Source: Nemertoderma westbladi (Eukaryota; Animalia; Xenacoelomorpha). Taken from it: a stretch of DNA of 64,000 bases. The DNA lies in the NCBI GenBank assembly GCA_032718475.1, contig JAUCBJ010000054.1, forward strand, positions 1 through 64,000, given 5' to 3'. Shown one piece after another: positions 47,846 to 58,918 of this stretch. Numbering within the stretch: the first letter of the stretch is position 1; every line of letters begins with the position of its first letter. The notes beneath the pieces were generated by a model. That model worked only from the letters and a program-made list of their open reading frames with translations, did no database searches and was not told the DNA's origin. Made by a program: the position numbers and the translations under genes.

Positions 47846-50800
47846 GGTACTGGTGCAGTATGCGTGCACCCCCACCAAATTGTTTCTACTAGTAAAGTTC
47901 TATTTTTGAAAACAGTTAGCTATTTCATTTTGAAAAAATTAATGTTCTCGAACAAATATTTATTGTTCTAAAACATTTTTTAGACAAAGGCCAGGTTTGT
48001 ATTTAAAAAGAATGGGATAGTTATAAAGCGTGTATAAAATAAATAATTTTTTTTAATATATTGTAATTTTTCAATTAAATTATGATGATAATAATAATAA
48101 ATAAATTATTGATGGTAATATCTGCGATAATTGCCTATTCTATACTCTTAATTATAGAACTGCGATAATTTCCTATTCTATGCACTTAAATATAGCTAGT
48201 CAAAATGTATTAGTTTCAATGTTCTAGAATAATGTTGAACGAGATTCATTAAAATTCTTAACTTCTGTTAATGAATGAATTGAATGAATTGAATTTTAAT
48301 GTTATGGGCTCATGCCCCCAGCCGCTAGCGGCTTACCAGACACCAGATTATAATAATGCACAGCACTATAACACAAAAATATATTTAAAAAGAGAGATGA
48401 ATAACTATAATTATAGACAAAACTGAATATAGCTGAAATATATGATAGAGAAAATATTCGAATTTACAAATCAGTAATCAATTACAAATGATTGTACAAT
48501 ATATTTTTCCGATCATCAAACAATGAAGATAAATATTTAACCGCACCAACTTGATTATCGCACATGAAATATTTAAGTTTTTGTTGATTATTTAATTTAC
48601 GTATATCTAGTGGTATAGAAGAGCGGTCTAAAGCACTACAGTCACTCAGAAAGTGGACCTCATCCTCGATCTCGCCCGATCGGCACACAGTGCAAATGCG
48701 GTCTTCTAATGACCTGCCCTGGAAACGACCCACCTCGATCGCTAGAGGAAGAACTCCACACCGGAATTGAGCCATTAGACTGCGCTGGCTACGTGTAACA
48801 CACTTATTAACAACATATTGCTCTGCACCGAAAATACTTTTAAATTTAATATAGGTACGTAGTTTAGGTTTCGATTTTAATTCAGAACTCCACTTATCTT
48901 CAAAATATTTATCGCATGATTTGCTAAAATTATTTAAATTAACCTTAAGTTTCCTATGGTAAGAGTCTGTAAAATTAAGCACCTTGAAAATACTTAGCAT
49001 TTCATTGCACCACCCTGAGGTGTCACCATGATCAACATTAAAAATCTGTTTAGGCAGACGGTCATCTGTCATTTCCACCAATCGGTTCCAGCGCCTAGCC
49101 AAGCTAAGATAACGTCTGTGTTGAGGATAAATCCAGCCCATTTCACCTTCAACTGCCAAGTTTGGTGTGAACTTATGGACACCTAAGAATGATCGCATCA
49201 CCTTTCGGTGTACAGTATCAATATCTGGCGCAGCTAGATACCCCCAAACACCAGACGCATTATCCAGGATGGGACAAACGCATGAATTATATAAAGAGGT
49301 GTATGTATTATAGAAAAAACCACCAACAAGTTTAGAACGTGAAATTATTGCACCAAATGCACGTTTATCAGAGTCTGTTAAGGTTTTAATCGCTTTGTCG
49401 AATTTTAGAAATTCGTCAAAAAATACACCAAGATACCTATAATCATGTACAATTTTTACAGCTGATTCACCAATATAAAATTTAAACTCAGTTAATGGTC
49501 GACGCACTCCGCGAAAATGGATTATTTCTGATTTAGATATATTAACTAACAGTCATTTTCCATCGCTGGGTCCAGCGGTGCAAACAATTTAAAAGTAACT
49601 GTAGATCAGATTCTGTTTCAGCCAAAAGCACCACATCATCAGCATAAACTAATATAGAGAAAATTAGATCACCAAATTGAACACCTAATTTACACTCTTT
49701 TATATCCTCTATTAGACTATTAATGAAAATATTAAAAAGTGCCGGAGATAAATTATCACCTTGCCTTACACCCTTTAAAGTACGAAACCAGGAGGTCTGA
49801 TAATTATTAACTAAAACAGAGGCTACAGTTTCTGAGTATAAGGCTTTTATACTACGATACAAGTTACCGCCAATTCCAACTGTAAACTAAAGAGTAACAA
49901 ATCCCTATCTACGCAATCAAAAGCTTGCGAAAAATCTACGAAGGCTACAAAAGTAGACTTGCTGGAATTTATTCGGTTGCTTATAATAGAATGTAAAAGG
50001 TAAATATGATCTTCGCACGAGCGACCCGTTTTGCTCTTCCGCCAATGTATTATTCTTATCGCAGAATTCTGAAACTCTAGAATTTAAAATACTTGTATAA
50101 AGTTTGCTCATACAGGAAAGTAAGCTTATACCACGATAACTTGATGGTGATGTAAAATCTGTCATTGTGCTTTTAGGTATGGGCTTAATCACTGCCTTCA
50201 GCCAGATACTAGGGACGACACCCTCCTTGAAAATGGAATCAAATAAAGTTGCTAATAAATCGTTTAAAGATTCTCGTTTCAGGATTTCATTTGGAATTTA
50301 TCAGGGCCGATCGACTTGTTAAATTTGAGCTTCTTTGCAGCACGTGCGACATCCTCGCTAGTTATACTGCAGTTTTCTGGTGAATCGGGATCGTAGGCCG
50401 GGGAATCGAGAACCCATTCAAATTGCTCACGTTCGCGTGAAACAGTTGAAGCGAACTCATTCGAGTTACTTACATTTTCACAATTTTCGCCGTTACTAGA
50501 AAAGACACCAGGAGGTAGTCGCGAGGGCGAGTTTATGTCGGCGTTAAGTAAATTACTAAAGCCTTCTCTCCAGTGATTAAGAACATCAGCGGGATCATTA
50601 GATACTGCACCATCTTTCTCTACCTCGAAAGGTATACGTGAATCTTTCCGTGGACCAAGCGATTTCAGATAATTCCAGAATTGCTTCGGGTCGTTGGTGT
50701 TTAATTCTTCAACTATATTCCTTGAGCGCCATTGATATTGACGTTCTTTCCTCCGCAGGGTTCGATCGAATATTCGTCGGGACTTTTTGAAATTGTCTTG

Positions 50801-51768
50801 TAGATATTCTAACCGCGCTTTACTAGCCTTGTTCTTCTTTTCCTGAAGTAGCAGTTTTTCACTTTTATGATAAGTTTTCCACAGTTCAGTTAGATCAGCG
50901 TCCCAGAACAGTTTATTTGTTTTAAGACGTTTCCGCGTAGATTTCTGCAATGATGAGGGTTGCAAGTAACACTTCATTTCTTCGTAAATAGCATCACAGA
51001 TATCATTGTACACTGTGTCAATATGTAGTTGATGTTCCCTAAACTCTAAAATACGTTGGCAATACCATGTTTCAGAATGCATGAACCCAGGGGGAATATC
51101 GTTTACTCGCCATTTCTTACTTTCTCCATGGTTAGTAGTTTGACTATCAGTTTGTTTATCGTCGACAAGGTTACTCTGCACTAAATTGTCAGTATTAAAT
51201 GTTAACTTTACCAAAGAGTGATCAGGTAATTTGCTATTTCCAAACAGAAGATGCGCTAAATTATGTTTAGTCACTAGGTCGGAGCCGGATTTAACCTCCA
51301 GCTTATCACACTGTTTGAGCGAGTGATGAGTTAGTAGAAAGTAGTCAACTACTGAGCTTCCATTGGTATGAATTGATGTAAAATTATCGTATTGAGGAGT
51401 AATTCTTCCATTAGCGATGCACATACAGCTCTCTTTGCAATAATCTATAAGACTGCGTCCGTGCGAGTTAATCTCTGGATCAATGGGAAGGCGGTGAGGT
51501 ATGTTATCATCATCAAGACCCAGAATGACATCTGCCAAATTACCAACTCTACCGTTAACGTCCCCCGCAGCTAAAATGTTAATATAACGAACTCATAACA
51601 TTTTAATACAAACCTGTTTTTTTCTAAAAGGATGTTCCAGAAAAAAAATATTTGTTCTGGAACACTATTTTGTATAAACAAATAGCTAACATGTTTTAGA
51701 ACAGTACAAAAAAAGAAATTTTAAAAAACTAATAAGTACAAAAATTTTACACATACTGCACCAGTACC
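47846..51768. mobile_element. Merlin-like MITE split by a LINE insertion
   Basis: TIRs ggtactggtgcagtatg / catactgcaccagtacc; no clear TSD. Confidence 0.6.
48273..51576 (-). mobile_element. 5'-truncated, frameshifted non-LTR retrotransposon ORF2 (APE end, RT, CCHC; RTEX/CR1-like)
   Basis: AAGDVNGRVG, VVDYFLL and PDHSLV (APE); SYRGISLLS, GVRQGDNLSP and LVYADD (RT); LAIEVGRF...CTVC..EDEVHFLSDC. ATTC-type 3' tail; candidate TSD tgttaat at 48266-48272 and 51577-51583. Confidence 0.9.
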
Positions 51769-52182
51769 AATTAGCTACTAGCTATATGTTCTAGAACATT
51801 ATATTTCTATATTTCTATTTTATTTATGTTCTAGAATAGTTAAATAACATTTATATGGTGTTCTTAGTACTCTCGGATGGTTGCCATGGTAACAATGATT
51901 TATGTTTAAAAAGTGTGTTAGCATACGGAACCGTTAACAATATTTGATTAATTTTGATTTTGTGTTAGCTAGTACTTTTTATTAGCTAATAAAAAATTAA
52001 ATTTAAAATAATAATTTAATCCTCAATTAAATTAGTCTGGTATAATTTATGAGTCGTGGTAGCTAGTAATAATTTACTAGATTGTATTTTTATACAAAAT
52101 ATTAGTGACAGTCTAATAATATAGTTTTTACTATTCAGAAAGGTAAATTATTATTATTTTAATAATTTGTTTAAATACAGGT

Positions 52183-52804
52183 TGTGGGGCGAGACACGTA
52201 GTCGGCGAGCCTTTGCATACGGTTCATATAGGGCAAATGGGGCATGTCCGTCTGTCTGTCTGTCCGTCCGTCCGTCTGTCTGGTAAATGTTTGAACGCGA
52301 ATTTCTCGGCATCGCTCCTTTGGAATTGAACCAAACTTAGTAGGTAAGTAGTAGAGAGAAAGTTTAGAAAGTTTGTAAAGTTTGGTGAAAAATCATGCAG
52401 TCTGACGTCAGCTACGACAGATTATGTGGTTTTTAGAAAATGTTAAATTTCTCGGGAAGGCCTCATTTTCCTGAGCTGAAATTTTGGTGGCCTGTAGAGA
52501 ATCATGAAGTCTATCTTTTACGAAATTGAAAAGTTAAGACATTTAATTGGGGATCCGCTAGAGACTCAGAAGTAATGACATAGGCCATCGGTACGGTACT
52601 GCTGTACAGTGCTGCACTGGTAAGTACGAAATTGCAGAATAACAATTTGACACCACCTAGCGGATTAACATATGATTGTATATCGAATGAATACATTTAT
52701 AGCATGGGATATGGGGTCCAAACTAGACATGCCACATTTGCTCTATATGAACCGTATGCCAAGGCTTGCCGACTACGTGCTGCGCGAAGTCCCCACGAAC
52801 GTGT
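52183..52804 (+). mobile_element. DINE-1/Helentron-like non-autonomous element with ~65-bp subterminal inverted repeats
   Basis: TGTGGGGCGAGACACG...(gtct/gtcc)n...ggaattgaaccaaactt...cgtgctgcgcgaagtCCCCACGAACGTGT; arms gcatacggttcatatagggcaaat / atttgctctatatgaaccgtatgc. Confidence 0.7.
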
Positions 52805-52952
52805 ATAACGATACCTGTACAATTTAGTTTTTTCCTTGCCTTCGAAAAAATGTTCTAGAACAAAAAAAGTGTGTTCTAGAACCTTAATTGATAGTAAACT
52901 GATTGGTAACATTTAAAAAAAAGTAGCATAAACTAGCTAGTTTAAAAAATAT

Positions 52953-53618
52953 GGCACTACTACAGTATGTGTACCCATGATCGGGATTTATTTCTAGGAG
53001 TTAGATTTTGCTACTTTTATTTTTTGTAATGTTCTATGTCATTTTAGCTATAGTTTTGCAAAAAAATGTTCTAGAACAATTCTTTTTTGTTCTAGAACAT
53101 TTATTTAAAAATTTATAATTCCTAATAATTACCTTAAAATGTTAATCTGTTGCCTTTAAATACTTCAAAATATTATTCTAGAATGTTTTTAAATGTTTAC
53201 AGTAGTAGTTTCACTTTAACTGTTTTCATTAAATAAAATGCCACGTCACGAAAACAAAAAGGGAAGTGCTCTAAAGATCCAAATATTATTGAGATTTCCA
53301 AGGAATAGTATAAAAGAAAAGTATATAATTTTGAAAAAAAAAAATTCTAATAATAGCTAATTTGGAAAATCACTAGCTAGTCTGATAATATGTATTTTTT
53401 AATGTTTATAGATAAACAAACAAATTATTACACATAATAATAAATTTTGAATAAATTTTTTTTATATAAAAAATGTTCTAGAACAAAAAATATTTGTTCT
53501 AGAACATTATTTTTTACCTGCCAATAGCTAACATGAAATAGAATAGTTCTAAAAAAAAGTTGCTAAAACTAGCTATTAAAAAAAATATGGTCATGGGTAC
53601 ACATACTGTAGTAGTGCC
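52953..53618. mobile_element. Merlin-like MITE with 9-bp TSD
   Basis: Perfect TIRs ggcactactacagtatgtgtacccatga / tcatgggtacacatactgtagtagtgcc; AAAAAATAT on both sides. Confidence 0.85.
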
Positions 53619-54349
53619 AAAAAATATAGGCTTTTAAATAAAGGTACAAAAAATTGCGTACTTGAACATGAATATTTTTCATAATTGGAGATAACATGTT
53701 CTAGAACATTTGCTGTCATGTAATATTATTAGTCCTAACTGTAAGTTGCTAAACTGGTATTCATAGAATTTAGTCTTACTTAAAAGTTAGTATTAGCTGT
53801 AACTTAAATTTCTAGCCACATGAAGATGTGACTAAGTTGGTAGGAACGCTTACTTATTCTATATAGACCTTCATACATACATTATGGTTATTATGTTACT
53901 GACGACTCCGGCCATATTATACTCTCTCCTGTTTTTCTAGTATACTGCGTTCATTGCAAATGTGTTGTTGCAAAGAAACTGTCAAATGTAACGATATAAA
54001 GCTTTTTGTTTTTATACATATATCCGACTTGATTTTCCAAATTTCAACTTACATTCTTGAATGGTGAGATGCTCCCAAACGGTGCGCGTCCGTTGAAAAA
54101 TGTGTCTAAATAATTCTACCATTCGCGAACTTTCGCAAGATGAAAAGGCGGTAGCGTTCCCACTTCATTCTTTTCCTCTCTATTATCGAATGTAAATAAT
54201 GGTATTCGATAATGGTAGCCAATTGATTTATCGCCTTACTAAAAATATTAATTTTTTACTAAAATTTTAACAGGAAAATCACTAAAATATTCAGTTCCCA
54301 CTAAAATCTATTAATTAACATTAAATCTATTAATTATAAAATCTGGGAA

Positions 54350-55187
54350 AGGGCAGGTTACATAGGGCAGGTTACATAGGGCAGGTTACATAGGGCAGGT
54401 TACATAGGGCAGGTTACATAGGGCAGGTTACATAGGGCAGGTTACGTAGGGCAGGTTACATAGGGCAGGTTACATAGGGCAGGTTACATAGGGCAGGTAC
54501 ATAGGGCAGGTTACATAGGGCAGGTTACATAGGGCAGGTTACATAGGGCAGGTTACATAGGGCAGGTTACATAGGGCAGGTTACATAGGGCAGGTTACAT
54601 AGGGCAGGTTACATAGGGCAGGTTACATAGGGCAGGTTACATAGGGCAGGTTACATAGGGCAGGTTACATAGGGCAGGTTACATAGTGCAGGTTACATAG
54701 GGCAGGTTACATAGGGCAGGTTACATAGGGCAGGTTACATAGGGCAGGTTACATAGGGCAGGTTACATAGGGCAGGTTACATAGGGCAGGTTACATAGGG
54801 CAGGTTACATAGGGCAGGTTACATAGGGCAGGTTACATAGGGCAGGTTACATAGGGCAGGTTACATAGGGCAGGTTACATAGGGCAGGTTACATAGGGCA
54901 GGTTACATAGGGCAGGTTACATAGGGCAGGTTACATAGGGCAGGTTACGTAGGGCAGGTTACATAGGGCAGGTTACATAGGGCAGGTTACATAGGGCAGG
55001 TTACATAGGGCAGGTTACATAGGGCAGGTTACATAGGGCAGGTTACATAGGGCAGGTTACATAGGGCAGGTTACATAGGGCAGGTACATAGGGCAGGTTA
55101 CATAGGGCAGGTTACATAGGGCAGGTTACATAGGGCAGGTTACATAGGGCAGGTTACATAGGGCAGGTTACATAGGGCAGGTTACAT
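54350..55187. repeat. 14-bp minisatellite, ~60 nearly perfect copies
   Basis: Unit agggcaggttacat. Confidence 0.95.
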
Positions 55188-55437
55188 ATACATTTGATAA
55201 CGAAAAAAATTTACCGGAAAACAGGATTTGTTTTAATGACCAATAAAACTAATGGGTTTAATATTGTAGGCTATCAATACAAGTAAAACAGTGAACATAG
55301 AGACATGCAGGGCATAGCTACCGTCATTGAAACTGAAAGCTTTTTGATAATAATAATAGTAATAATAAACATGAACTTATATAGCTCTTTACCTAAATGT
55401 CAGTTCAAAGTGTAGTAGGAACCATATAACATTATAC

Positions 55438-57098
55438 TGTGGGGCGAGCCACGAAGTGAGTGAGCCTTAGCGTAGTGGTACCATTAATCAACCTGTGGGG
55501 CGAGCCACGAAGTGAGTGAGCCTTAGCGTAGTGGTACCATTAATCAACCTGTCGTTCTGTCGTTCTGTCGTTCTGTCGTTCTGTCGTTCTGTCGTTCTGT
55601 CGTTCTGTCGTGTTCAATTTTAAACGTTAATAACTCGGCCAATCTTTGATGAAATCTATCCAAACTTGGTACACATGTTGTTTGGCAAAAGTTTAGAAAT
55701 TTTCCAAGTAGAATTTCAGTGTGGCCTTCGAGAAGCTAAGATAATAGCAGTTAATTAGTTAATTAAGTTATTACGGTAAAAACACCATTTTCAACCTGCC
55801 TTTTAAAGGAAATTAATTGTTTTACAGTATAAGATTTAAATAATTGTAATTAAAAATTATACAGATGTAATCCCCATACGCCATTCTATTATAGTTTTTA
55901 ATTAGTTCAAGTGATTTGCTTTAATAATTGTGTCTTTAATTGATCTAAAGTAATTAAAACGGCAAAAAAATTTATTCTCATTAAATACTGCTCATTTATT
56001 GGCCAACATGCTGGTACATAGATGGGATGTGTGTGTCATTCCCAGTTGCTGGGAATGATTATTGGTCAAGTCTCTGCTGCTGGCTGGGAGTTGTTGCTAA
56101 GACTAACCAGAGAGGAATAGTAATAGACAACCTAGTATTGCTATTCCAGCCCAGACAGCATTCTTTAAATTCACTATAAATGTTGTATTGCTATCTCAGG
56201 TGAATGACAGATATCATAACATAAATACTATCCATGGCATGGCTGTTGTGTAGGCTTCTGAAATAGTTTATTCCACAATGTATATGTCTGGTTATTTTTT
56301 AATTGAATTTTTGCAAAGTAGTAAAATTAATGTTCTTAAAAATAATATTATTATTTTATATGTAACCTAGGAAATTAGCTACATTTTTTCGCTGCAGCTT
56401 TAAGAGTGTACATTAATTTAATATTATTTCAATACCCATATTACTACATCGGCATAAGATGCGTTGGCGTTGTATCACACATCTCCACATATCACACATA
56501 TCCACATAGATGTATCAACAGTTACTCGCACAGTTTCGAAACTTCGCATAGTTATAACTGTATAAAGATCGTCAGTCTGCGTTTAGGAAAAATATTTTAT
56601 AACAAAACAGGACAAGCGACGAGCGCAACGAGGCATATAATGAAGACGAGTACTGCGTTGACTAAATTATTATATAAACCACCTGGCTTCACATATTGAT
56701 CGCATCCCTAGTTATTATTATTATAAAGAACGTCCTAGCCTGCGTTTAAGAAATATATTTAAATACAAAACAGGACGAACGCAACGAGGCTTATAATGAA
56801 TACGAGTACTGCGTTTATTATATTCCTATAAACCACCTGGCTTTGCATATTGAACGTGCGATTGGAAATAAGTTCGTGCTACCCTTCCGTGGGTGGTAGA
56901 TGTCGCGGTTATGTATTGGTGGTTGGGAAGGGTGGGGGGGGGGGGATTAAAAGGGGTGAACACGTACTGTCCCCCTTTCTTTGATTGATTGGTGGTGTGG
57001 GTAAATTTCTCAAAACCTGATTTTGTGATACAGTCGCTCAATTTTAATTTGTATCTCATAACTGGGCCTCGTGCTGCGCGAAGGCCCCACGAACGTGT
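55438..57098 (+). mobile_element. DINE-1/Helentron-like element inserted in the 5' LTR
   Basis: TGTGGGGCGAGCCACG...(ctgtcgtt)n...ccaaacttggtacacatg...cgtgctgcgcgaaggCCCCACGAACGTGT; the empty site in the 3' LTR reads tacTGTaatat. Confidence 0.85.
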
Positions 57099-57337
57099 AA
57101 TATATCCATGTGCTTATGGTGGAGGGAATTTCAAATGCGATCCTGACTTATATACTTAGATATACTCGTAAACCTTTATTAATGTATACGCCAGTCTCTA
57201 TTACGTTTGAGTTTCACTTATGTTGTGATATCAACATCTACTTGGCGCAGTGTGTAGCAAACATACGGCCTTGGATTAACAGGGTTTGAAAACCTCAAAT
57301 CGGGCAGACTGCTGATCGAGAATCGGATCGAATAAGC

Positions 57338-57525
57338 CGGAGGGTTGACGACGGACTGGAGGATAAAGCAGACTACCAGAGGGCCGACGACGGACCGGAT
57401 ATTTCGAAATCGAACCAGACGTTTCGACGACGATTTCGTGATCCCATCCCAATCAGTTCACCGGAGGGTCGACAACGGACTGGAGGATAAACCAGACTAC
57501 CAGAGGGCCGACGACGGACCGGATA
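57338..57525 (+). repeat. Direct repeats in the retrotransposon 5' leader
   Basis: ccggagggt(t/c)gac(g/a)acggactggaggataaa(g/c)cagactaccagagggccgacgacggaccggata occurs twice. Confidence 0.8.
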
Positions 57526-57823
57526 GTTCAAACTTGAATCATAAGTTTTGACGACCATCCCGATTAGTAAAACCACATGGTCGACGACGGACTGTGGTTC
57601 AAAATTTTATAAACGTAGAGAGAATATATTATATAGATACTATACCAAATATATATTGAGATAATCATATCTTGGAGGTTAGGCAAAAATATTCCCTCAG
57701 TCCGTTTTACTTGATTTATCAAATAATTTTTCCATTTTCAAAATTTTTTTTTTTGTGTTTAAATTTTGTTTTTCTTATTTTATTTTGATTTTCCTTGAGG
57801 GAAAGTTACCAAATATCATCAAT

Positions 57824-58918
57824 ATGGCTGAAGCAAATGACATTACTGCACTAGAAGCTGAACTAAAAAGGGCAAAGAAGCGACGTGATGGGTACCGTCT
57901 CAACACCAGCAATGCCATTAAAACAGCCAGGACATTGCTTGACAGGTACATAGCACAAGGGGATGTCGGGTCACGTGGCAGCACGGCAGGCTTGGAACAA
58001 ACAATGCTCAGAGTTCGTGAACGACTGGATACCTACATGGATGCACAGCAAAATGTCAATGAGATCCTTAATGTTGAGGATACGGATGGCTTGAAAGTGT
58101 TGTGTGACCTGGACTTCTTTTCAACGGAAGTCTGTACCGACATTTATACAGTCATGGATACTGAGGCCAGATATTCCATTACAGACAGGCATTCCATCAC
58201 CCCCCTCAGCACACAGCCCAAACAGGACTGGATAAGGTTGGATAATCTACCAAGACCACCAAAATTGGACACCAGCTCACAGATCCACTCATTTCACTCA
58301 TGGTGCAAGTCTTATGATGTATATCGTCGACAGGCAGCATTGGACAAGGCTCCAAGAGAGGATCAGGTAGCAAATTTCTTTGGTATGTGTACTCCAGCAA
58401 TGATGACACGACTTGAGACAGCCGTGTCCATCAGGGCTGACACAAAGATGACCTATGAGGAGATTACAAGGGCTATCCAGGATTATTTCCAAAGTCGTCA
58501 AAACATTTTGCTTGACTACAAGGCATTGTTTGACCTGCGGCTGGATGAAAGCCAGGACATTGATCTCCATGTTGACAAATGGGAGGAAGCAGAGGAAATC
58601 TGTGGCATCTGGAATGCTGACACAGAAACAATCCGAGCAGTGCTTTTCACCATGTCTTTGAGAGGCAGGCCCAAATGGCAAAAGAAAATTTGGGGAAGTG
58701 ACAAAAAATTGCTGTATCCTGACATCGTCAAGCTGTTCAGGTCGCTTAAAGCAGCAGAAGAAACAAGTTCATGTGTTGCAGGTGGGGATGTTGCTGCAGT
58801 AAAGAGACATACACCTTACAAAAGAAATCAAATTGCAAACATGATGGAAAAGGGTAAAGATAAGGCAGGATCTGACCTGCCTAAAGACAGTGCCCTGCTC
58901 TCATTGTGGTCTACGTAA
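57824..58918 (+). CDS. gag: Retrotransposon Gag (coiled coil plus capsid-like region; stops before the zinc knuckles)
   Basis: Long ORF between the PBS and pol; FHSWCKSYDVY, IQDYFQSRQN and F.LRLDESQDIDLHV resemble Mag-type capsid motifs. Confidence 0.8.
   Translation: MAEANDITALEAELKRAKKRRDGYRLNTSNAIKTARTLLDRYIAQGDVGSRGSTAGLEQTMLRVRERLDTYMDAQQNVNEILNVEDTDGLKVLCDLDFFSTEVCTDIYTVMDTEARYSITDRHSITPLSTQPKQDWIRLDNLPRPPKLDTSSQIHSFHSWCKSYDVYRRQAALDKAPREDQVANFFGMCTPAMMTRLETAVSIRADTKMTYEEITRAIQDYFQSRQNILLDYKALFDLRLDESQDIDLHVDKWEEAEEICGIWNADTETIRAVLFTMSLRGRPKWQKKIWGSDKKLLYPDIVKLFRSLKAAEETSSCVAGGDVAAVKRHTPYKRNQIANMMEKGKDKAGSDLPKDSALLSLWST

Noticed and set aside
54350-55187. Possible telomeric repeat (AGGGCAGGTTACAT)n
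   Set aside because: Interstitial, matches no telomere motif I know, and resembles the gagcaggttaca segment of a dispersed repeat.
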